From Planctomycetota bacterium (GTDB lineage Bacteria; Planctomycetota; PLA2; JAEUHO01), in NCBI GenBank assembly GCA_050248855.1, contig JBFWRP010000001.1, positions 224,001 through 288,000 on the forward strand: a stretch of DNA of 64,000 bases. The letters run 5' to 3'. This document shows positions 56,594-64,000 of this stretch, one piece after another. The position numbers and the translations under genes were made by a program. The notes beneath the pieces are model-generated. The model did not search any database, had not been told where the DNA came from, and was given only the letters and a program-made list of their open reading frames with translations. Within the stretch, counting starts at the first letter, position 1. The number at the start of each line of letters is the position of its first letter.

Positions 56594-57517
56594 TCAGCGG
56601 GTGCGGAGCAGCTCCAGCTTGGCCGCTCGCCGTTCGTCGAGCGAGAGCTTGTAGTTGCCGCCGTACGCCACCGACTCCCACGAGCCGTACAACGGGTTGG
56701 GCAGCTGGATCCACGTGCGGCCCCAGCGCTCGGCGTGCTCGAGGAAGATCTGGTCGCGTTCGCTGGCCGTGGCCTTGTCGGCCGACAGGAAGTCCGTGAG
56801 GTTGTCTCCGACAAGCAGCAGGATGCGGTAGTGCGCGGCCACGTGGGCCCGGCGCGGTCCCTTGTCGCGAGGCCTCCAGGCCGGCCGCTCGCCCTGGGTG
56901 ACGACGTGGTCGGGATCGTCGGTCAGCGGGAAGCCGAGCCTGGCCAGGTTCCGACGCGTCGCCGGCTCCTCGTCGGCGTCCCGGTTGGTCAGGTAGACCA
57001 CGCGGACGCCGCGAGCCTCCGCGGCGCGCGCGAACTCGAGCGCCCCGGGAATGGCTTCGGCGGCTGCCTCCTCGACCCAGGCCTTCCACGTGACGTCGCT
57101 GTAGTCGACCCGCTCGCGCACGAGCCTCGCCATGTACGGCGAGCTGTCGAGCACCGTCTCGTCCAGGTCCACGACGACGGCCGGAGGCAGCTCGGCATAG
57201 CCCGGCTGGTCCCGCTGTTCCAGGGCCGCCGTCCACGACGCGTCGGCCAGGCCCTCGTCCAAGCGCAGGGCAGCCGTCCGGTACGCCTGCGTGGCAGCGG
57301 CCCGGTACTCCACGGCGGACTGCATCCACAACGTTGCATGGAGGGCGTCATGCGGTTCGGCGCGCACGAGGGCTGCGGCAGCCGCGGACGATGCAGCCGC
57401 GCTTGCGAAGGCGGGCGGTGCGGCATCCTGCGGCGTCGCTGCACGGGGCGCGCGCGACCGGGTTGCGCATCCGGCCAAGGCGATCGCGATCAAGACGGCG
57501 AGACGGACGTGGCTCAT
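56594..57517 (-). CDS. e(P4)-family 5'-nucleotidase / HAD acid phosphatase lipoprotein
   Basis: Lipobox LAGC; DLDET; TNR; GDNLTDF; LPNPLYGSWE. Confidence 0.92.
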   Translation of the reverse strand: MSHVRLAVLIAIALAGCATRSRAPRAATPQDAAPPAFASAAASSAAAAALVRAEPHDALHATLWMQSAVEYRAAATQAYRTAALRLDEGLADASWTAALEQRDQPGYAELPPAVVVDLDETVLDSSPYMARLVRERVDYSDVTWKAWVEEAAAEAIPGALEFARAAEARGVRVVYLTNRDADEEPATRRNLARLGFPLTDDPDHVVTQGERPAWRPRDKGPRRAHVAAHYRILLLVGDNLTDFLSADKATASERDQIFLEHAERWGRTWIQLPNPLYGSWESVAYGGNYKLSLDERRAAKLELLRTR

Positions 57518-57560
57518 GGCCGGCAGCATAGCGAGCGGTGGCGTGCGCAGGGACGCGTCG

Positions 57561-57869
57561 TCAGGGGCGCACGGGGGGCTCGTGCTGCGTGTCGTCGCGC
57601 AGCGCCGCGTCGGCACCGTGACGCCGCCCGGGCGTCGTCCCTCGTCGCGACGCGCGCTGCGGACGCGCGCGTCGCGTCTGGACGAACACGAGAACCGCCA
57701 GCGCGAGCAAGAAGCCGATCGCGGCGCCACCGAGCCCGCCGTACCAGAGGCCGATGACCCCCTCGCCTTCGGGCGAGCCCACGCTGCCCCCGATGAACAT
57801 GCCGACAAGCGACCCGACGAACGCGCCGACGATGGGGCCGAGCACCAGCGCGGCAATCCACGCTCCCAC
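57561..57869 (-). CDS. Small membrane protein
   Basis: Two Gly-rich hydrophobic segments. Confidence 0.45.
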   Translation of the reverse strand: MGAWIAALVLGPIVGAFVGSLVGMFIGGSVGSPEGEGVIGLWYGGLGGAAIGFLLALAVLVFVQTRRARPQRASRRGTTPGRRHGADAALRDDTQHEPPVRP

Positions 57870-58397
57870 GGGGAGGGAGCGTCGCGGGCGAGCAGCTCTT
57901 CCCCGACGGGTGCTACGCATCGATCCCTCCGGCGACCAGCGCCGCGCCGTCCACGTCGACCCGGATCGTACGAGGCCGGGAGGAGCCGCGCGCAACGGGA
58001 TGCCGGGGCGACGGGCGGCCTGCCGAGCGGCGCCTGCGTGCGACGGCCTGGACCCCACGGGGCGCGCCGAAAGCCTGCGTGAAGTGGCCGGGGGGGCGCG
58101 GGCGGTTCCCCGTGACGAGAGCGAGGGGCCGCGCAGGGGGGGGCCGGGCTTGCCTCCTCCGCGTCTCGCTTCCCCTGTCCGCGCCACACCCCGTACCGCA
58201 CACGGGGATAGCGGAGCCACCCTGCGCATCCCACCGGGAAGCGCACGCAACGTTCAGGTTCCTGAACGTTCGCGCCCCGTGCACGCGACGCCAGCGCGGA
58301 CCTCCACCGGCCTGCGGCGAGGCGTGCCGGGGCGGGGCCCCTCCGGGCAAGGCCCCGGCGGCGCTTGGGTCCAGGGGCGGCCCGCTATCCTGGGCCG

Positions 58398-59531
58398 ATG
58401 AACCCGCTCCCCCGCGTCGTCCTTCTCGCGCTGGCTCTATCGATCCTGCCGCTTGGACGTGCCACGGCCGAGGACGCGGACGACCTCACGCCCGGCGAGA
58501 CCGTCGATCATCTCGTGGCGGCTGCGGGCGTCCGGGGCGATGGGCCGGGCGTCGCGGTGCTCGTGATGGACGCGAGCGGCGTGCGGTTCAAGAAGTGCTA
58601 CGGACTGGCCAACATGGCCACGCTGGCACCGATCACGTCGGCCACGACGTTCGAGCTGGCCTCGGTGTCCAAGCACTTCACGGGCGCGGCCGCGCTCCTC
58701 CTGCTGCAGCAAGGCAAGATCCGGCTCGGCGACGACGTCCGCGCGTACCTGCCCGAGCTGCCGGCCTACGACCCCGAACACCCCATCACGATCGACCACT
58801 TGAGCCGCCACCTCTCGGGTCTGCCCGACTACCTGGCCTGGGAGGACGAGCCGTCCGTGAAGAAGGCCTGGTATGGCAACCACGATGCGCTCCTCGAGTT
58901 TGCGCGGCGGCGCGAGAGTGCGCCGCTCGTCTCCGTGCCCGGGGAGACCTACGCCTACAGCAACAGCGGCTACCTGGTGCTTGCCTTGGTCGTCGAGCGC
59001 GTCACGAAAGGCTCGATGGGCGCCTTCCTCCAGAAGGCCTTCTTCACCCCGTTCGGCATGAAGACGGCCTGGGTCCACGAGAGCCCGCGCGTCCCCACGG
59101 CAGCGGCCGCGATCGGCTACACGTTGACCGAGGGAGAGTGGCACGCCACGTGGTCCCCCCCCACACCGCACCGCCACGAGGCCCGCCTCATGGTGGGCGA
59201 CGGCGGCGTGTGGGCGAGCCTGGACGACTTGGCGGCCTGGGACCGGGGCCTGCGGGCCGGGAAGTACCTGCGGATCGAGACGCTCGTGGGCGCGCTCGCC
59301 GCGGGTCGCACGACGCGCGGCGAACGCATTCCCTACGCCATGGGCTGGGAGCTCGGCTACGACGACGACGGTGACGTCGAGACGCTCTCCCACAGTGGGC
59401 GCTGGGACGGCTTCGAGACCTTCTTCGGTCATCACATCGAGAGCGAGCTCACCGTCGTGATCCTCTCCAACCGCCGCGGCCTCGAGGCTTCCGAGCTGGC
59501 CGAGGCGGTCGGAACGGTCTTCGGCCCCTGA
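58398..59531 (+). CDS. Serine hydrolase, beta-lactamase (AmpC-like) family
   Basis: SVSK, YSN, HSG motifs; signal peptide. Confidence 0.9.
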   Translation: MNPLPRVVLLALALSILPLGRATAEDADDLTPGETVDHLVAAAGVRGDGPGVAVLVMDASGVRFKKCYGLANMATLAPITSATTFELASVSKHFTGAAALLLLQQGKIRLGDDVRAYLPELPAYDPEHPITIDHLSRHLSGLPDYLAWEDEPSVKKAWYGNHDALLEFARRRESAPLVSVPGETYAYSNSGYLVLALVVERVTKGSMGAFLQKAFFTPFGMKTAWVHESPRVPTAAAAIGYTLTEGEWHATWSPPTPHRHEARLMVGDGGVWASLDDLAAWDRGLRAGKYLRIETLVGALAAGRTTRGERIPYAMGWELGYDDDGDVETLSHSGRWDGFETFFGHHIESELTVVILSNRRGLEASELAEAVGTVFGP

Positions 59532-59676
59532 CGCGTGACGAGCTCCCGTGGACCCCTCGCGCAGGACGGGCGCCCGGGCCGCCTCCTGGCGATCCCCGGA
59601 GGCGCCGCGCCGGCGATCCCTCCCGCGGCGCGCCGCGTCTAGACTGCGGCCCCGTGGCCCGCGAAGCCCTTCCCCC

Positions 59677-60729
59677 ATGAGCACGACCAACGGCGCCTCC
59701 TGGCTTGGTGGCCTCTGGTACTACGCCGCGCCTGGCAAGTCGCTTCGGGCCGGCCGGACGTGCGGGAAGGTCTTCATGCGCCGGCCGGTCCTGCTGGGGC
59801 GCGACCGTGCGGGTGTGCCCTTTGCCATGGCGGACCTCTGCCCGCACCGCGGCATCCGGTTGTCCGCGGGAAGCTTCGACGGTGAGCAGGTCCGGTGCGC
59901 GTACCACGGTTGGCGCTTCGGGACCGACGGCGTCTGCAGCGCGGTACCGTCGCTCGTCCCGGGCCAGGCGATGGACGTCTCGAAGATCAAGGTACGCCGC
60001 TACCCGTGCCGCGAGGTGCAGGGCAACATCTGGATCTACTTGTCCGACGAGCCGCCGCTCCCGGATGCGGACCTGGGCGCGCCGTTCTCCATTCCCGAGG
60101 TCGGCGGGATCGTGCCGCGGGTGACGACGGCCATGACGTTCGAGGCCGGCTTCGAGGACTGCCTCTACGGGCTGCTCGACCCCGCGCACACGCCCTACGT
60201 GCACGAGGGCAAGATCTGGCGCAGCTCGGAAACGCTGCAGGTCAAGGAGAAGCACTACGTCCCCTCACCGCTCGGCTTCACGATGAAGCGCCACGAGCCG
60301 GCCAGCAACACCTTCCTCTACAAGATCCTGGGCGGGAAGCCGACGACCGAGATCTCCTTCGCGCTTCCCTCCGTGCGCCTGGAGCACATCCGCATCGGCC
60401 CGCACCACATCTGCAACCTCACGGCCATGACGCCCGTCGACGAGCGCCGCACCGAGGTCACCAACCTGATCTACTGGACGAAGCCCGTGTTCAACCTGAT
60501 CCGGCCGATCGTCCGTCGCATCGCCCGCAAGTTCCTCGGCCAGGACCAATGGGTCGTTGCGCTGCGCGACGAGGTCCATGTCCCCAACCCCCCGCTGATG
60601 ATGATCCAGGACGCCGACGTGCCGCAGAAGTGGTACCAGCTGCTCAAGACGGAGTGGCGACGCAGCCAGCGTGAAGGCAGCGACTTCGTCAACCTCATCG
60701 AGCCCGCGACCCTCCGCTGGAGGACTTGA
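59677..60729 (+). CDS. Rieske non-heme iron oxygenase alpha subunit (VanA-like)
   Basis: CPHRG...CAYHGW; DPAHTPYVH; QD. Confidence 0.9.
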   Translation: MSTTNGASWLGGLWYYAAPGKSLRAGRTCGKVFMRRPVLLGRDRAGVPFAMADLCPHRGIRLSAGSFDGEQVRCAYHGWRFGTDGVCSAVPSLVPGQAMDVSKIKVRRYPCREVQGNIWIYLSDEPPLPDADLGAPFSIPEVGGIVPRVTTAMTFEAGFEDCLYGLLDPAHTPYVHEGKIWRSSETLQVKEKHYVPSPLGFTMKRHEPASNTFLYKILGGKPTTEISFALPSVRLEHIRIGPHHICNLTAMTPVDERRTEVTNLIYWTKPVFNLIRPIVRRIARKFLGQDQWVVALRDEVHVPNPPLMMIQDADVPQKWYQLLKTEWRRSQREGSDFVNLIEPATLRWRT

Positions 60730-61025
60730 CGGGCGGCCGGGGGCGTCGCGCCGGCACGATCAACGTGCCCTCCACATTGGCGACGTCGGGCGCGTAGGTC
60801 ACGAAGGGGTTGAGGCTCCCGATCTCCGCCCCCCCGCACGCCCCCCACCAGCACGCGAAGGAGCAATCTCCGACGACGCCGCGCCGCGGTCGGCGCGCCG
60901 ATCCAGCCCGCCCACCCGGCCGGGACGACGGAGCATGCACGCCGCGCGGCGACCACGGCGGATTCCCGCCGGAGGCGCTCGGGAGACCTTGCGCAGGCCG
61001 GTCCCGCAGGTGTAGAGCGGTTGGC

Positions 61026-64000
61026 ATGAGCACACGACGGGCGCGCACCGGCGACGGCAACGAAGCGGCAACCAGCGTTGCCTACCGGACGAGCGAAGTG
61101 ATCGCGATCTACCCGATCACGCCGGCCTCGCCGATGGGCGAGCTCTGCGACGCCTGGGCCGCCACCGGCAAGCCCAACCTCTGGGGCAGCGTGCCCTCGG
61201 TCGTGGAGATGCAGTCCGAGGGAGGCGCGGCCGCGGCCGTGCACGGAGCCCTCCAAGCCGGGTCCCTCGCCACGACCTTCACGGCATCGCAGGGCCTTCT
61301 GCTGATGATTCCCAACCTCTACAAGATCGCCGGCGAGCTGACCCCGTTCGTCGTCCACGTCGCTGCCCGCACCGTGGCGACGCATGCGCTGTCGATCTTC
61401 GGGGACCACTCCGACGTCATGGCGGCGCGCCAGACCGGCTTCGCGATGCTGGCCTCCGCGTCCGTCCAGGAGGCCCACGACCTTGCCGCCATCGCCCAGG
61501 CGGCCACGTTGCGCGCCCGCGTCCCGTTCCTGCACTTCTTCGACGGGTTCCGCACGTCGCACGAGATCAACCAATACGACGAGCTCACCGACGACGACCT
61601 GCGGGCGATGCTGGACCCCGAGGCCCTCGTCGCGCACCGCGCCCGCGCGCTCACCCCCGACCGTCCCGTCCTCCGTGGCACGGCGCAAAACCCCGACACG
61701 TTCTTCCAGGCGCGCGAGGCATCCAACCGCTTCCACGACGCGTGCCCCCACATCGTGACGGAGGAGATGGAGGCCTTCGCCGAGCGTACCGGCCGGCGCT
61801 ACGACCTGTTCGCCTACCACGGCCATCCCGACGCGGAGCGCGTGATCGTCCTCATGGGCTCCGCAGCCGAGACAGCCATCGAGACGGTCGGGCATCTCGT
61901 CCGCGCCGGCGAGCGTGTGGGCGTCCTGGTCGTCCGCCTCTTCCGGCCGTTCTCGATCCAGCGCTTCACGACCCTCCTCCCGACGGCCGTTCGCCGCATC
62001 GCCGTCCTCGACCGCACGAAGGAGCCGGGCGCCGTCGGCGAGCCCCTCTACCTGGACGTGGTCGCAGCGCTCCACGAGGGGGACCGTCGGGACGTGGACG
62101 TGATCGGGGGGCGCTACGGCCTCTCCTCCAAGGAGTTCGACCCCCGGTGCGTCGTCGCCGTGTTCGACGAGCTCGCCCGCGAGGCGCCCAAACGGCGCTT
62201 CACCGTGGGCATCACGGACGACGTCACGGGGCTGTCCCTGCCGTTGCCCGAGCCGCTCGACGTCCAGCCCCCGGACCGGATGTCGGCCGTGTTCTACGGC
62301 CTCGGCTCGGACGGAACGGTCAGCGCCAACAAGAACACCATCAAGATCCTCGGGGACCACACCGCACTCCATGCGCAAGGCTACTTCGTCTACGACTCCA
62401 AGAAGGCCGGCGCGGTCACCGTCTCGCACCTGCGCTTCGGCCATGAGCCCATCCGTTCGCCGTACCTCGTGCAGCAGGCGCGCTTCGTGGCCTGCCATCA
62501 GGTCGACTTCCTGGAGCGGTTCGACGTGCTGTCGTTGGCGGCACCCGGCGCGACATTCCTGCTCAATGCCCCCTACCCCCCGGACGCCGTCTGGGACCGC
62601 CTGCCGCGGGACGTCCAGGAGGTCGTGGTCGAGAAGGGCTTGCGGCTGTTCGTGATCGATGCGTACGCCGTGGCCCGCGAGAGCGGGATGGGTCGGCGCA
62701 TCAACACGATCATGCAGACGTGCTTCTTCGCCCTGGCGGGCGTACTTCCCGTCGACCAGGCGATCGGCCACGTGAAGGAGGCCATCGGGAAGACCTACGG
62801 CAAGCGCGGCCCCGAGCTGGTGCGCCGCAACGAAGCGGCCGTCGACGCCGCCCTGGCCCATCTCCACGAGATCGAGGCCGGCGCGGCGGACTCGACGCGC
62901 TTCCGCCGTCCTCCGGTGCCCGAGCACGCGCCGGAGCTGGTCCAGAAGGTGACGGGCCTGATGCTGGCCGGCCTCGGTGACCACCTGCCGGTCAGTGCGT
63001 TTCCCGTGGACGGCACCTGGCCGGTCGGCACGAGCCGCTACGAGAAGCGAAGCATCGCAGACGAGATCCCGATCTGGGTCGAGGACATCTGCCTGCAGTG
63101 CAACCAGTGCGCGCTGGTCTGTCCGCATGCGGCCATCCGCGCGAAGGTCTATCCCGCCGAGGCGCTCGAGCGGGCACCCGACACCTTCCAGAGCGTCACC
63201 TACAAGGCCGCCGAGTTCCGCGGCATGGGCTACACGATCCAGGTCGCGCCCGAGGACTGCACCGGCTGCTCGTTGTGCGTCGAGGTCTGCCCCGGCAAGG
63301 ACAAGAGCAACCCGCGGCGCAAGGCGATCAACATGGAGCCCCAGCGCCCCATCCGCGAGCGCGAGCGGACCAAGTTCGAGTTCTTCCTCGACCTGCCCGA
63401 GGTCGGACGCGAGCGCGTGACCCGCGTCGACGCCAAGGGGTCCCAGTTCCTCCAGCCGCTCTTCGAGTACTCCGGCGCGTGCGCAGGATGCGGCGAGACG
63501 CCCTACATCAAGCTGCTCACGCAGCTCTTCGGCGACCGCCTCCTCATCGCCAACGCCACGGGCTGCTCCTCGATCTACGGCGGCAACCTCCCCACCACGC
63601 CCTACACGACGAACCGTGACGGACGCGGACCGGCTTGGTCGAACTCGCTCTTCGAGGACAACGCGGAGTTCGGGCTGGGCTTCCGGTTGTCCGTGGACCA
63701 GCACCACCAGAACGCCCGCGCACTCGTGGGCCGGCTCCGCAGCCTGATCGGGGACGCGTTGGCCGACGCCCTGCTGTCGGCCGACCAGTCCGACGAATCC
63801 GGCATCGCGGCACAGCGCGAGCGGGTCGTCGCGCTGCGCCATGCGCTGGGCGATGCCACGGACACGGAGGCGAAGCGTCTCCTCGAGATCGCGGACTACC
63901 TCGTCCACAAGAGCGTCTGGCTCGTCGGCGGCGACGGGTGGGCCTACGACATCGGCTACGGCGGACTGGACCACGTGCTGGCCCAGAACCGCGACGTCAA
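61026..64000 (+). CDS. nifJ: Pyruvate:ferredoxin (flavodoxin) oxidoreductase, 3' truncated by window
   Basis: DGNEAA, IYPITP, EMQSEGGAA, GRYGLSSKEF, CLQCNQC..CP, DCTGCSLC..CP, GACAGCGE, GGDGWAYDIG; absent from the ORF track because there is no stop in the window. Confidence 0.96.
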   Translation, partial: MSTRRARTGDGNEAATSVAYRTSEVIAIYPITPASPMGELCDAWAATGKPNLWGSVPSVVEMQSEGGAAAAVHGALQAGSLATTFTASQGLLLMIPNLYKIAGELTPFVVHVAARTVATHALSIFGDHSDVMAARQTGFAMLASASVQEAHDLAAIAQAATLRARVPFLHFFDGFRTSHEINQYDELTDDDLRAMLDPEALVAHRARALTPDRPVLRGTAQNPDTFFQAREASNRFHDACPHIVTEEMEAFAERTGRRYDLFAYHGHPDAERVIVLMGSAAETAIETVGHLVRAGERVGVLVVRLFRPFSIQRFTTLLPTAVRRIAVLDRTKEPGAVGEPLYLDVVAALHEGDRRDVDVIGGRYGLSSKEFDPRCVVAVFDELAREAPKRRFTVGITDDVTGLSLPLPEPLDVQPPDRMSAVFYGLGSDGTVSANKNTIKILGDHTALHAQGYFVYDSKKAGAVTVSHLRFGHEPIRSPYLVQQARFVACHQVDFLERFDVLSLAAPGATFLLNAPYPPDAVWDRLPRDVQEVVVEKGLRLFVIDAYAVARESGMGRRINTIMQTCFFALAGVLPVDQAIGHVKEAIGKTYGKRGPELVRRNEAAVDAALAHLHEIEAGAADSTRFRRPPVPEHAPELVQKVTGLMLAGLGDHLPVSAFPVDGTWPVGTSRYEKRSIADEIPIWVEDICLQCNQCALVCPHAAIRAKVYPAEALERAPDTFQSVTYKAAEFRGMGYTIQVAPEDCTGCSLCVEVCPGKDKSNPRRKAINMEPQRPIRERERTKFEFFLDLPEVGRERVTRVDAKGSQFLQPLFEYSGACAGCGETPYIKLLTQLFGDRLLIANATGCSSIYGGNLPTTPYTTNRDGRGPAWSNSLFEDNAEFGLGFRLSVDQHHQNARALVGRLRSLIGDALADALLSADQSDESGIAAQRERVVALRHALGDATDTEAKRLLEIADYLVHKSVWLVGGDGWAYDIGYGGLDHVLAQNRDV

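Noticed and set aside
60730..61020. Possible gene remnant on the minus strand (ACGGAEIGSLNPFVTYAPDVANVEGTLIVP)
   Set aside because: Short, with no convincing start or family motif; cannot be supported from sequence alone.
1..64000. Genome-wide UGA reassignment as the explanation for the in-frame TGAs
   Set aside because: TGA is a normal stop for many genes here (e.g. 1189, 3841, 16000). The two read-through cases fall at redox Cys positions and have SECIS-like hairpins.
1..64000. tRNA (including tRNA-Sec), rRNA, transposase or integrase genes
   Set aside because: None recognised by eye; the Sec machinery would have to lie outside this window.

Overview
Very GC-rich bacterial window, probably Planctomycetota. 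This is inferred from three ECF sigma factors, four Hanks-type Ser/Thr kinases, and many secreted HEAT, carboxypeptidase-regulatory-like and prenyltransferase-repeat proteins. Conventional genes include FxsA, an S4 RNA-binding protein, an M1 aminopeptidase, a VapBC-type toxin-antitoxin pair, pyruvate kinase, an e(P4)-type acid phosphatase, a serine hydrolase, a Rieske oxygenase and a partial NifJ/PFOR. The main result is translational recoding that the ORF track misses. (1) A small SEC-C zinc-finger gene (7254-7003, minus) reads as a coherent 82-aa protein only if each of its three Phe codons, all C-TTT-C, is followed by a +1 frameshift. (2) Two apparently exported thioredoxin-fold genes (6918-5890 minus; 14252-16000 plus) each have an in-frame TGA at the active-site Cys position followed by a SECIS-like hairpin, so they are probable selenoproteins. 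Also present: a REP-like palindrome family, a ~355-bp triple tandem repeat that re-copies the 3' end of a gene, and a secreted peptide with four 17-aa repeats. All calls come from reading motifs by eye; no database searches were run.
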